A stretch of 64,000 nucleotides of DNA from Octopus sinensis (GCF_006345805.1 NC_043002.1:58900001-58964000); one strand, 5' to 3'. Shown: positions 13,985-28,304, counted from the stretch's first letter. The notes: generated by a model not told the origin, from the sequence alone. A program made the numbers and translations.

Positions 13985-14375
13985 GTGCAGGAGTAGCTGT
14001 GTGGTAAGTAGCTTGCTTACCAATCACATGGTTCTGGGTTCAGTCCCACTGCGTGACACCTTGGATAAGTGTCTTCTGCTACAGCTTCAGGCCGACCAAA
14101 GCCTTGTGAGTGGATTTGATAGATGGAAACTGAAAGAAGCCCATCAAATATGTGTGTGTGTGTGTGTGTATGTGTGTGTGTTTGTCTCACCAACATCGCT
14201 TGACAACCAATGCTGGTGTGTTCATGTCCCCGTACCTTAGTGGTTCGGCAAAAGAGACCGATAGAATAAGTACAAGGCTTACAAAGAAGAAATCCTGGGG
14301 TTGATTTGCTCGACTAAAGGCGATGCTCCAGCATGGCCGCAGTCAAATGACTGAAACAAGTAAAGAATAAAAGAA
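13985..14375 (+). mobile_element. Representative copy of the dominant tRNA-derived SINE (dozens of copies in both orientations across the window)
   Basis: A-box-like gtgtggtaag, B-box-like gggttcagtccc, conserved ccttgggcaagtgtctt core, internal (GT)n, tail ...gactgaaacaagtaaa. Confidence 0.85.
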
Positions 14376-14386
14376 TATATATATAT

Positions 14387-14417
<31 letters not shown>

Positions 14418-14486
14418 TTATATACACACATACATACACACACACACACACACACCTATATATATATATATATACACACACACACC

Positions 14487-14541
<55 letters not shown>

Positions 14542-15309
14542 TTCTTACTGCCCAGACCCATTTCACTTGGTACCTATCCTTCAGTCTTGATACTTTCCTT
14601 CCCACCTACTTTTTATATTAATCATAATCAATATCAACTACAAGCCATCTCTCTCTCTCTCTCTCTGGTCCTTCCCTTATCTACTGTGCCATTGTTACTA
14701 TTCTGCTGATCTTCATACCTCCTTTTGTTTGCAGTCAGTCATTTCCTATTCTCACCCACAAACTCATCTCTATGTCCACACCTTATCCCCACCACCTCCT
14801 ACCCACTCCAACCATCCCTCAACCCTTACTCTTCCCTACTTATCAACCTTCAAACCTGTTCTTCATTTATTTTCACCCCTAATCCATTTCCCATCTCTAA
14901 CCATCTATCACTCTCCTATACTCTTACATGTGAGTATATTTCACTTTTTATTTATTTCCTATTTCATTTTCATATGATGGAAAACAAGCAATGGCTATAG
15001 CTTTTGCAGGCCGACACAGACTGTGATTGTCAATGCAATTGTTGTTTGGATTGAAATTGTGCATGATGACATTATTTAGGCCCCGAATCAGACCTGACTG
15101 AGCCTTGATATTTAGGTCCTTTTTCTTACTTTTAAAAGCCTTGCAAAATTGGCAAGTCAATCGTTTTGATTGGTCCTATGGGGATGAAAGGCAAAGTTGA
15201 CCCCAGTAGAATTTGAACTCAGAACATAAAAAATCCAATCAAATATTGCAAAGTGTTTTGCTGACACTCTAACGAATTCTGTCAATCCGCCATCAAATGA
15301 TAATAATAA

Positions 15310-15707
15310 TAATTCGTTCTTTTATTGGCCACAAGGGCTCACATAAAATTACAAAGACATAAAACAACATAAAAGGGGCGATACAAAAGGTTTTACAATG
15401 TGTAAACAATATAAATAACAACTAAAAATTAAACAAATTAAAACTCCCCATAGGGGAGGCATTTTAAGGACTCATGGAAGAACCCACAAAATCCACAGGT
15501 GCCTGAACAACAGGGCAAGAGCCCTTCTCATTTTTTTTCTTACAAGTGCATACTCAGAATTGGTCCATCCACACTGGCCATTCTGCCAATATACACCCAC
15601 CTTTCAACAAACTTGCTACAAGGTAACACTTCCCACTCCACCCTCAACATCCTTTTCAAGTGAAACTTGAAAAAGTTGGTGAGGGCTTGGCCAAAGAGGA
15701 AAGTGTC

Positions 15708-15710
<3 letters not shown>
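15310..15710 (-). mobile_element. Possible Tx1/L1-type LINE 3' end
   Basis: Minus strand reads FLFGQALTNFFKFHLKRMLRVEWEVL...FVERW, followed by a T-rich 3' UTR ending in aataaaagaac. Confidence 0.5.
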
Positions 15711-15743
<33 letters not shown>

Positions 15744-15746
<3 letters not shown>

Positions 15747-16297
15747 GCCCTGATGCAGTACCAGACAGTGGCTCTCATGGTTTCTAATCTTAACTGATTG
15801 GAAGTGTTACCATGTACATGTTTTGTCTTGGTATAAAAGATGGGCTACAGCAAATATTCTGCTCAATACCACAGATTTGCTTGTCAGTTGTTTGACCTTA
15901 ACCAGTTGAGTATGTCCCTTAGTGGCTGATGATATGTGCATCTCTGATCACGAGCAGAAGTAGTGGGGGAGCATCATAGCCATGTGTTGAGAGGAATTCT
16001 TTGGGGTTTGGATAATTCACCTTTGAAAACATAGGTGGTTCATCAAACATCTTTAAACAACTCTTATTTGAGGACCTGTTGAGCAAGATGGGCTACTCAA
16101 CCTGAAGAAAATTCTAACTGGGCCCCACCTGCTAGGTCATGCACAATTTTTCTTGATATGAGATCACCATGTCATGCACATATGGTTGTGATGCATGTGC
16201 CTGTTGTACCCTTATCGGACAAGTAGTCATGATGGTTTTACTGGGCTTCATATATTTCACCCTAGTGTCACTTTGATGGCATGCACTGCTCTCTCAC

Positions 16298-16298
<1 letters not shown>
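15744..16298 (+). repeat. ~550-bp interspersed repeat flanked by (AAT)n; other copies at 42815-43302 (+), 51074-51610 (+), 58898-59340 (-)
   Basis: Four mutually alignable copies sharing e.g. gatttgcttgtcagtt, ctaactgggcccc and gctctctcactcaataat. Confidence 0.85.
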
Positions 16299-16338
<40 letters not shown>

Positions 16339-18028
16339 TCTTTCTACTAGAAGCATAAAATCTCAAATTTGGGGGCAAGGATTAAGTAGATTACATCAAC
16401 CCCAGTGCCTAACTGGCACTTAATTTATCGACCCCGAAAGGATGAAAGGCAAAGTCAACCCCAGTGGCATTTGAACTCAGAACATGAAGACAGACGAAAT
16501 ATTGCTAAGCATTTCGCCCGGAGTGTTAATTATTCTACCAGCTTGCCGCCTAATAATAACAACAACAAAAACAATAATAATAATGGTTTCAAATTTTGGC
16601 ATAAAGCCAACAATTTTGTGGTACAGGGGATAATCAATTGCATTGACTTTAGTGCTCAACTGGTACTGCTGACACGCAAAAGATGAAAGGCAAAGCTGCT
16701 ATCAATGGGATTTGGACTCAGAACTGAAAGAGCCAGAAGAGATGCTGCTTAGCATTTGGTCCAAATAATAACAAATTTTTTTTATTTGTCTCATGGGTAT
16801 CAGATGAGGACAGGGACAGATAATAATTGCTTCTAAGAGAGGCACAATTCTTGAAATTTTTTGAAGGGAAGGAAGGGGCAGTTAGCCAATTATATTGACC
16901 CAGCATTTGACAGGTACTTTTATTTTACTGACCCTAAAAAAAAATTAAAAGAATAAAAACCAACATCATATTGGATTTGTAGTTCAATCAACTACATCCC
17001 ATCCTCCCCTAAAAATAAAAAAAAAAATGAAACGTGACCTTGCGCCAACGTCATTATTAACATTATCAGCTGTATTAGAAGCTAGGTCAGTACGCCATGC
17101 TGACAGCTCAGCGTCAAGATGCAACGAGACGAGCAATTAATGACTTATAAAAGAACACACATAACAATTAGCTCTTATTAACCAAACTAATTCCCTTCAT
17201 TATCGCTGTTTAGACACCCTGCTTAGCTCCTTCTTCCTTGCACCCATCACTATCTCTTACACGACACTATCTTTTTCACTTTTTTTAACCTTGTAGATAG
17301 AAGTTTGTCCTGTCATCCATCTATCTATCTATCTATCTATCTATCACTGTCTATCTATCTGTCTCTGTCTATCTATTTCTGTCTATCTATCTATCTGTCT
17401 CTCTCTCTCTATATATATATATATCTATCTATCTATCTATCTATCTATCTGTCTGCCTATCTCTCTATGTCTACTTATCTCTCTCTCAAGCTATCTGTCT
17501 GTCAGTCTATCTAGTGGTCATTCCTTTTAGCTATCTATCTACCTATGTTGTTTAATATAAACATCATTACGAACCAACTAGGGAACCTCTATATGGTCTC
17601 TCAATCTGCCAGAAATAATAACCAGACCTTCTTCAAAAGTCACACTTTACCTTTAAAAGAAAGGTGGGTAGAGGACACTTCAAATAATTCAAGCCTGGGT
17701 AACCCTAAAAGGATGACAAAATAATCACAACTGGAAAACTCATCAGAGTAATGATGTAAATGGTAGAAAGCAGGTGTTCCACTTTTCGGTTCATGTGTAA
17801 GGCTTTTAGTGTCACCGTTTTCCTAACCTCAGCCCCATGGACCTCAGTGCACTCCTAGAATATAAAAGCCATTTCTTATACTGGATCATATACATCAAGC
17901 TTCCCAATCACATGGTTCCAAGTTCAGTTTGAGCGGCACCTTGGGCAGGTTTCTCCTACGGTGGCCTCAAGCTGAACAAAGCCTTGTGAGTGCATCTGGC
18001 AGACGGAAGCTGAAAGAAGCATTGTGTT

Positions 18029-18066
<38 letters not shown>

Positions 18067-18380
18067 TGGTTTGTCCCCCACCACCACTTGACATTTGATG
18101 TTGGTTTTGTTTAAATCCCTGAAACTTAGTGGTTCAGCTATTTACATCTCAGCAACTTAGTGGTTTGGCAAAACAGACCAACAGAATAAGAACCAGGCTT
18201 CAAAAAAAAAGAAAAGAAAAAAAGGAGGGTTAATTCATTTGACAAAACAATTCTTTAACCAGTGTCCCAGCATGGCCATAGTCTAATGACTGACACAAGT
18301 AAAAGATATTCCCTCAGGAGTCCATACACAGCATACTGAAACAGCAGCACATTGTTTAGAAATGTCTGGGATAGACTGCT

Positions 18381-18433
<53 letters not shown>

Positions 18434-20120
18434 ACGCGCATTCTCTTAAGTCTTCACGGATTTTTCAAAACAGGATATGACCTTTCAAGAATGGAAACAA
18501 AAGCCAATGTATCTTCAGTCATTTGACTGTGGCCATACTGGAGCACCACCTTTAGTCAAGCAAATCGGCCCCAGGACTTATTCTTTGTAAGCCTAGTAAT
18601 TATTCTATCGGTCACTTTTGCTAAACTAAGTTACAGGGGACGTAAACACACCAGCATCGGTTGTCAAGCGATGCTGAGGGGACAAACACACACACACACA
18701 CATATACATATGGGCTTCTTTCAGTTTCCATCTACCAAATCCACTCACAAGGCTTTGGTTGGCCCGAGGCTATAGTAGAAAACACTCGCCCAAGGTGCCA
18801 CGCAGTAGGACTGAACTCGTAACCATGTGGTTGGTTAGCATGCTACTTACCACAGACCCACTCCCGATTCTTGAATTTTGTAACACACACACACACACAA
18901 AGGGGGGCACACTCACAGGGATACAACTTTGTTTATTGATTGTAGTAACAAAGGATTGTGGAAAGCATTCTGTGATACTTTGGCAAATTTTACTATAGTC
19001 TGTCAGTTGTGGCAACTACGAAAACACAAGATACGGATTCTGAGGAAACATGTGTGGTGATTTTGTGTTGATATGAATGGAAAAGCTATGTAGTATATCA
19101 AGTTAATTAATAACCTAATTAACAAAATTGAACCACCAAAAGGAAATACCTCAAAAAGGATCCATTAATGTAGCATGTCTTTTCTCCATGCTATTCCAAC
19201 ATCTATGCAGCTACTGCACCAAACTGAGTGCAGTTGTAACCAATCCATGCATGCGACAAATATTACATTTTACTATTCACTGCCGTAAAGTTTTCATCTT
19301 CTTACGACGTGTGTCTGGCATATCCATGATGAAGCATTTTCTGCTTTATTCTTCAGTTTTCAAATAACTGTAATGCTGTCCTCCTTAAATTCAGCACCAG
19401 CTAGGTAGGAGGACAAGTGAATTGAGATACAACCCGTCCTAACTGGAACCAGTGTACACTGCCATCACTACATCTCTCACATTTCCCTAAGACCTTTCAT
19501 ATCCATGGCCTTTCTCTTGTGTTTCAACCCCACATTGCCTTCTTACAAGATACCATCAACACGGCAATTAAAATCGTTTTTTTTTGGCAAGTCTGACCAT
19601 GTGATAAAGCCAGAGTGTTGCTTCGTTTATTTACAATATGGCTTAGGAACATTATACCAACATTAGAATAAAAGTTATTGATTTCTTTTGATTTGGCACC
19701 TGGCCAATAAATATTTGTATGGGAGGACAATAGCACAATAAACCGACAACAGTTTTAGTTACTTATACTTAATTTATCATAGATACAGAGTGGCCAGAGT
19801 GGTCAACAAATTCACTTCACAATCACAAGGTTCCAGGTTCAAACTCACTATGTAGCATCTTGGGTAAATGCCATTTACTAAAATCTTTGGTGAACCCATA
19901 CCTTGTAGGTAGAATTGTGTAAGTGGAAACTGTAGAGAAGCCCACTGAGTGGATATATTTATCTTTTTTCAGTCATTGGACAGCTGTCATGCTAGAGCAC
20001 TACTTTGAAGAATTTTAGCCAAATGGATTGACTCCAGGACTTATATTTTTATGCTTAGTACTTACTCTATTGGTCTCAGACAAACACAGACACAAAAACA
20101 AATACATATAGACATATATC

Positions 20121-20868
20121 AAATCAAAATAAGCAACATATCAAGAGGTGATGCAGTACGACCGTTTCAAGTGGCTCCATTTAATTGAACAATGCAATCA
20201 TTACATCAATTTAAATGCTGGGCTATCCTCAGCTACATAAATAAATAGAATTTTTAATCAGTTGGACACATTAACATAATTTTACTCAAATTCTCTAATA
20301 GAGCAAAAAGAGGGAAAAGTCCATGTTGCTACTAATGTAACTTAAAATAGACTACACTTCTAAGAACTGAATGAAGTTTGTTAGGGTCTTAGCTTGTAAA
20401 GGATTGTGGTTCATTTTTAATTTATTAGTTTTTTTTCCTAAAATCCTGACAATATTTATGACCATACCCAACTATAAACTCTCAACTCACTCTGTCTATC
20501 CATTCTAAACAGAGACTGTCCTCTAGCCTTAGATTTGGTAGTTGATAAAAAAAAAAAACAATAAATTAAAAGTGAACCACAATCCTTTACAAGCTATGAC
20601 CGAACAAACTTCATACAGTTCTTAGAAGTGTAGTATATTCTGAGTTACATTAGTAGCAACATGGACTATCTCCCTCTTCTTGCTCTATTAGAGAATCTGA
20701 GTAAAATTATATTAATGTGTCCAACTGATTAAAAATTCCATTTATTTATGCAGCTGAGGATAGCCCTGCATTTAAATTGATGTAATGATTGCATTGTTCA
20801 ATTAAATGGAGGTGCTTGAAACGGTCGTACTGCATCACCTCTTAATATCCTGTTGCTTATTTTGATTT
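20121..20868. repeat. Long foldback element/MITE
   Basis: Inverted arms ~20121-20436 and ~20547-20868, roughly 85-90% identical, spacer ~110 nt. Confidence 0.92.
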
Positions 20869-20958
20869 TATTCACCTTACTTTGAGTTGTACAGATAATA
20901 CCGCACTGACCAGTGCTTCAACTTAAGTACCTAATTCAACCGAATCTCAATTATTTCT

Positions 20959-21023
<65 letters not shown>

Positions 21024-21424
21024 ATTTCAGAATGGTCATTTTGCCAGTTTAGCCAATTTCAGTTTCTATCTATCAGATCCACTCAAAGGCTTTGGTCAGC
21101 CCAAGGTTATAGATAGCAGAAGACACTTGCCAAAGACAGGTGCTATGCAGTGGGACTGAACCCAGAACCATGTGGTTGAGAAGCAAACTAACTACACACA
21201 ACTTACTACATCATGTTAAACAATAAACCAATATTTATTTTTTCTTTCCAGTCCATCTCAATATCATAGAAAACCCCCCTTTTTTTTTAAAGAAAAAATA
21301 AAAGACAAATGACAAATTTATATATCAGTGATCAGATAAATTTTGTATACATCCCTGGTCGAACTGTCCAACCCATGCTAGAAAGGAGAACGGGCGTTAA
21401 ACGATGATGATGATGATATATATA

Positions 21425-21474
<50 letters not shown>

Positions 21475-21485
21475 TGGATGGAGAT

Positions 21486-21539
<54 letters not shown>

Positions 21540-21543
21540 CAGG

Positions 21544-21584
<41 letters not shown>

Positions 21585-21839
21585 TGATAGATTGTCAGAC
21601 AGACAGACAGATAGATAGAACAGAGACAAAGTGTAGTAAAAAGGTGAGAACAGAATTTCTGACTGTTTACCGAAATATTATATAACCCACACACACTTTC
21701 TGACAACAAAAACGTTTATATTAAGTAAACAGAATGAAATGGCAACATTTATCAACATATACACACAGGAGGCGATATATACAATGAATAAAAACCCAAA
21801 CATATGCATGTTAACACAGATTCCTCAGTCTCTGCACTT

Positions 21840-21873
<34 letters not shown>

Positions 21874-22368
21874 TTCACACACAAATACATATGCATACAT
21901 TTAAGCACATGTATAGACACACCCAACACCCCCTCATATATATATATATGTATACACACATACAAACACACACATACATACACATACAAAATTAACAAAA
22001 CAGGTGCATATACAATACATACATATATACATACACATGCACACAGACGTGTGTGTGTGTGTGGTGTGTGTGTGTGTGTGTGTGTGCATGTATGTGTGTG
22101 TGATATGGAATCATTTGGCTCCTCTCACATGCAATATCTTTACAATCTGGCAAAAGAAACCAACCAATTTTACTCAACAAGCTTCATTCGATTAGAATCA
22201 AAGAATGGCTTGAATGGAATTAAGCGATTTATTTTTTATTTTCAAGCAGTGTAGCAGACACATATCCAAAGGTCCAGTCTTCAGTGATGTGACAGTGCTA
22301 ATTTTATATATATGCCTTAGAACGAAACACTAAACGTAAGTGCACACACACATAAATACATACACACA

Positions 22369-22399
<31 letters not shown>

Positions 22400-22813
22400 A
22401 TACATACATACATCCGTGTATTTCAGAAACTATATAAACACCTACATATGTATGGCATTAAAATCATATTTTATATATGCAATATATGTGAGAGAGAAAT
22501 TAATAAATTAAAAATTAATAGATGTTAAATTTTATAAACTTTGCACACAAACATATTATAAATATGTGCGTGTGTGTGTGTGTGTGTATATTCACCCCTA
22601 AAGACACACACACCCAAAGCATGTGGCCTGCAAATTTACTGGGTTTTGGAAGATAAAAAAGTAAGCTAAATCCTCTATATACACACATCATAACATGTAT
22701 ACATACATATACACACATACACACACACATATATATATATACTTATGTTAAATGATGATGGTGCTGATGACGACCACACATGGGTGATGTGTGGGTGTGT
22801 ATGTATATGTATA

Positions 22814-22871
<58 letters not shown>

Positions 22872-23094
22872 TGTAGACATTCGGCCACCCGTCATTGCAG
22901 CAATATAATTATAATTATTGTTGCACAACAGAAGCATTAGTGCCCCGGGTAGCGATGCTGTTGGTGTTAGCAGGCTAACATAGGATTGTGGCAAGAACTT
23001 GCTTGGAATGGTTGGGACTCTGGTCGTCGCATTCATTCTCACAACAGATATCAGAAACTAGCCCTGGGTATAACCACACATACACACACACAAA

Positions 23095-23126
<32 letters not shown>

Positions 23127-23154
23127 TCTATTTATTTATCTATCTATCTTTATA

Positions 23155-23169
23155 GACAGACAGACAGAT

Positions 23170-23261
<92 letters not shown>

Positions 23262-23308
23262 GAGATGGACAGACAGATAGATAGATAGATAGAGAGATGG
23301 ACAGACAG

Positions 23309-23347
<39 letters not shown>

Positions 23348-23432
23348 TAGATAGATAGATAGATAAATAGACAGAGAGATGGATAGATAGAGAGAGAGAG
23401 AGAAAGAGAGATGGATAGACAGACAGACAGAC

Positions 23433-23490
<58 letters not shown>
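23155..23490. repeat. Long (AGAT)n/(AGAC)n/(AG)n microsatellite; similar tracts at 17316-17510 and 21430-21620, plus many (AT)n and (AC)n runs
   Basis: Direct inspection; these tracts generate the YLSI/HTHT/IYIY ORFs in the supplied track. Confidence 0.98.
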
Positions 23491-24422
23491 GTGTGTGCAT
23501 GTATATATATATACACACACACAGATGGGTGTAAGTATACACATGTATGGATATCTTTATGTACATGTATGTATACACACACCATAAATAATGTCCATGT
23601 ATGAAGGCGTGTGTTTGTGCGTGGTAGCTGCTGTTTAACCCCAGGTCAGCCCAACATCCAAGAGATACGTGATCATAAACATTCCAGCTGCGACCATCGT
23701 TCCGTTTGTTATTAAAGTATAGAACAACCATTATCTCATGTGTCCTTCCTTTAAGACAACAAACAACCAGGGTGATATGAGAGAGATTTAGCTATTATTT
23801 CGAGCGACCACATGTAGGGGACCTCTAAGGGTGTGGGAGAATATCTTATTACTAGGGCCAGGCCCAACATTTCGAACAGTTCTATTCTTTTGTAGAGAAG
23901 AAGGTGAGTGCTCAAATCACTGTAATCGACACCCAATCAATATAAAATCGATAATTTATTTATCGATCTCAATGAAATGAACGGCAAATCTCCCCTCCCC
24001 CATACACACATTTATATATGTTTATATATGTGAAAAACTACTATCAAACCGTCACGGTTGAACTGACAGCTTGTAAATGAAGCATATTATAAAACATGGG
24101 CAGAATCGTTAGAGCGCCGGCGAATAAAAATGCTTTGCAGTATTTCTTCCGGCTGTAAACGTTCTGAGTTCGAATTCCGCCAAGGACACATTTGACTTTC
24201 ATTCTTCCAGGGGGTCGATAAAATAAAGTACCAGACAAGTAGTAGGGGTCAAGGGTAACGACTAAGCTCCTGTGCGTTAAAATTACAGGGCTCATGTCAA
24301 AATTCGAAACAAATTATTTTATAAACGACCCCACCGTACCGACCTGACCACAATATAAACATCGGGTGGGGGGTGTCTTAGCTTTTACGGTCCTAAATTC
24401 AAACTGATCTTTTTTAATACGG

Positions 24423-24479
<57 letters not shown>

Positions 24480-24604
24480 GCTGTGGGTGTCTTTGAATAT
24501 GTATGTGTGTATGTGTATGCATTTATATAAGTCCATATGTATAGTGTGTATATTTATATACATCCATATAAACACATATACACTATACACACACATCTCT
24601 CTCC

Positions 24605-24698
<94 letters not shown>

Positions 24699-24941
24699 TA
24701 TATAGTCATATTAAAAGGCTGACACCCACAACGGGCACAAATTCACTAACTCTTTGCAAGAGAGAGAGATTGAGAGATATTACAGAAAGATTCCTTAAAT
24801 TTGTATAGTTAGGGTGGAGACCAAATCACATACACACACACACACTTAGACAGACAGACAGATAGATGAAGACATGGAAATGTCCATGCTTCTATACCAC
24901 CACCAACAGAAGAACTAATGTACAAAGAACACAAGACTTAC

Positions 24942-24992
24942 CTGCACCAATTCGCTAATAGTGACGGGTGGTCGCTTGTTCTCTGCTGCCAT
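24942..24992 (-). CDS. Putative first coding exon of an unidentified gene: MAAENKRPPVTISELVQ
   Basis: attATGG context (A at -3, G at +4), 17 open codons, consensus donor CAG|GTAAGT, in unique CpG-retaining sequence. No downstream exon identified, protein not recognised. Confidence 0.55.
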
Positions 24993-25219
24993 AATCCTTC
25001 CTCGGGTGTTTTGTTTGTTTGTAAATATACCACGAATGAATTACTCTTAAATACCGGGCAGTTTATTAGAATATATTATTATCATTTATTATTATTATTA
25101 TCGTCAGTTGGAATATATTATCAAATATCGCTGACCATTTTAAAACTGTACAGTGTGTATCGTTATTTATATTAATATCGTTATAAATCCAATACAGCAA
25201 TCATATAGATACACATCAT

Positions 25220-25254
<35 letters not shown>

Positions 25255-26512
25255 TATATACGCACACGTGTCTTGCTCAAGCTACTACAATGCCATTGAG
25301 TTTAAATATTTGGCAACAACGAGGAACCCGTATCAAAATTTCATGTGTTTGCCATCCCAAATTAATCACTAACATTCTTTATCATCATGCTTGTTATTAT
25401 CATTTAATTAATTCTGTTAACGTTTATAATGACAACGATAACAGTAATGATAATAACGACTGTGGTGATGATAATAAATACATTAACTAATATTGCAGTG
25501 TTGTGTGGCTTGCATTTGCTTTGGTGACCGATTCAGTCTCTCAAACTCTCTCTCACTCTCTCTGTCTGTGTGTGTTTACAAAAGAGAATCCTGCGGAAGA
25601 CAAAATACAGCCGACACTTCCTTCTTTGTTATCTGCTACCTCCTTTGCGCCGCTTTCCAGTTTTCTTGAAATATTAATGTTTTTTTGTAGTCGTCTGGTC
25701 TTGCCAAGTGCCGTGTATAATCCATTTGAAGTGTCGTCTGGTTTACTGATACTTATCGTCTGGTACTTAATAATTAGTCTGGTTATTACTAATAATCATC
25801 TGGTTATTGTTAATTATTGACTGGTTATCGTCTGGTTATTCAATGCACATACATTTATGTTATATAATTTTTCTTACTGTGATTTTAAAATTCGTTGCTT
25901 CGCTCTTATTTTTCTCCTTTGTCACATTTTCCGCCTTCTGCATTTATATAATAATAGTATTAGCGATTAATATTTGTAATATGAACCCTAAAATATTCTT
26001 AGAAGAATTTAGAATATGTTTGTTTTGGAATGGGGCGGGAAATGTCACTTTTTTAATCACTGCACACAAAACTTCAGATTTATAAAAGAATGGTCCTATA
26101 GAGTAGCATCTATTTTTCCAAAACTATGAAATGAAGTAAAAGAATCTTAGAGTAGCGATGATAATATTAATATATGATATATAATAATGTAGCAATAATA
26201 TAAAATAGTTCAGTCTAACCCATTCTGGCATTCCAATCTAAATCCTTCCCACCTAAAACAAAAAAAAAAAGATATAGTAGAATAATCGCTCTTAATTAAA
26301 ATTGATGAAAGCCTTCACTTCCACAGAGAATAACATAAAGAAAATATACTAAAATAATTCTTTCTTAAAGACACAAAGATAGAAAATCAAGCATAGACAC
26401 GGGCGTCCATGTCGGTGTGAAGATTGCTTTCATGCTTCTTTGAGAAGTGAGGAAAGATTTACGATAAGATTAGAGCAGAAACTTTACAACCATTTAATGT
26501 TTGTAGACCCAA

Positions 26513-26549
<37 letters not shown>

Positions 26550-26556
26550 TACATAG

Positions 26557-26588
<32 letters not shown>

Positions 26589-27010
26589 TCTACATAGATA
26601 TATACATATTATATATATATATATATATATATTCTACATAGATATATACATAAATATAATTACTTCGTCTATATATTATATAGTCCTTATTCCAAGTGGT
26701 GCTGTGTGATGTGCAGTTATGGGGGTTTGATTTCTTCCTCTCCCTTTATGGAACTTTTGGCATTAAACTCCGACGCAAGCGAAGGGACAGACGAATAAGT
26801 GAACTACTTTTAGTGCTGTATGTGTGAGAAAGTGTAAAAGTGTAGAATGATAGAGAAATAGAGAAGAGAGGAAACATAGAAGGACTGCAATTACCGGCGG
26901 CTCAGTTTTCACAGAACATAACTGTATTAGCTGAGTAAGCAAGCCAACTTTATCTACGGAAGCAAAAAAGGAACATAATTTTATTTTAGATCGACATTGC
27001 CGCCGTTGTT
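24993..27010 (-). promoter_or_regulatory. Likely promoter/5' UTR region of the gene starting at 24992
   Basis: Mostly unique sequence with many CpGs (e.g. gcgccgc 25647, gggcggg 26032, ccggcggc 26894) against a CpG-poor background; lies directly upstream of the putative ATG exon. Confidence 0.35.
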
Positions 27011-28081
27011 TTGTACTTAAACTTAATTATTATTATTTATTTTTTTTACTTGTTTCCATCATTGAACTGCGGCCATGATGGAGCACTACATTGAGAAGTT
27101 TATTCTAACGAATTGACCCTGTGCTATTTAAAAAAAATTTTAAGGTCTGGTAATTATTTCATCGTTTTTTTGTCGAACTGCTAGTTATGGTGACGTAAAC
27201 AAACCAGCACCGGTTGTCACGCAATATGGTAACAAACACAAAAACATACACACAGACACACATATCTTAGCTTTTACCTTTTACTTGTTTTAGTCACTGG
27301 ACTGTGGCCAGGCTGGGGCATCACCTTGAAGGATTTTAGTCAAATAAATCGACCCCCAGCACTTTTTTTTACTTTAAGCTTGATACTTATTTTTTGCAGA
27401 ACCACTAACAAATGGGGATGTAAACAAACCAACACTGGTTACGAAGTGGTGGTGATGAACAAACACAAAGACACACACACCACACACACAACAGGTTTCC
27501 ACACAGTTTCCATCTATCACATTTCCTCAGATGGCGTTGGTCTGCCTGGAGCTATTGTAGAAGACACTTGCCCAAGGATCCATACAGTGGAACTTATACA
27601 CACACACACACACATACACAGATATATATTTGGTGCACCCTGTGCAGTGGAACAGTAGGAAGGTTAACAAGGAAAATAGTGTTTGTATGTGGAAGATGCC
27701 ATATGGAAGTCATAAAGCCCACATATATGGGAAACGGATTGCCTTAAATACCTTGGTGGCTTTCTGGAAGTTATAGATAATTTTTGCTACCTAGGTGACC
27801 TAATTAGCTGTGGAAGAGATTGTACAAAATGTGAAACTGCTAGAATAAGAATAGAATGGAGAAAATTCAGAGGGCTTTTACCTCTAATGGCAATGTAAGG
27901 TCTCTTTCTCTCTCTCTCTTTGCATGAAGGGAAGATTGTACAATACATGTGTGCAAACTGTGATGCTACATGGTAGTGAGACATGGGCCCTGAATGGGGA
28001 GGACACATGAAGGCTAGAGAGGAACGAAGCTGATATACTCCACTGGATGTGTGCATATGTGACAGAACAATATTTTATTAA

Positions 28082-28304
28082 CCCGTTAAGTCCCAGAGTA
28101 CTTAAATTTTTGAATATTACTTTTAAATTTTCACAGATGATTGAAAATAGGTTGAAATGAAAAATATAATTATTAAAACTCCTTTACTTCAAGTAGAAAT
28201 GGAAATACTAGGTGTCCTATAAATAGGGCACTGAGACAATGTGATATAGCTTATTTAATGTTTTCATTTAGTGTCCTATTTATAGGACAGTGGGACTTAA
28301 TGGG
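28082..28304. mobile_element. piggyBac-type MITE nested in an RTE fragment
   Basis: TTAA on both sides (28078-28081, 28305-28308); TIRs cccgttaagtccc / gggacttaatggg (12/13); internal gtgtcctat palindromes. Confidence 0.85.

Noticed and set aside
19080-19760. Unique-looking stretch with short ORFs
   Set aside because: All frames are interrupted; no coherent exon or recognisable domain.
22743-23070. Candidate second exon of the 24992 gene
   Set aside because: The best acceptor gives an immediate TAG in phase 0; other frames have no convincing donor or homology.
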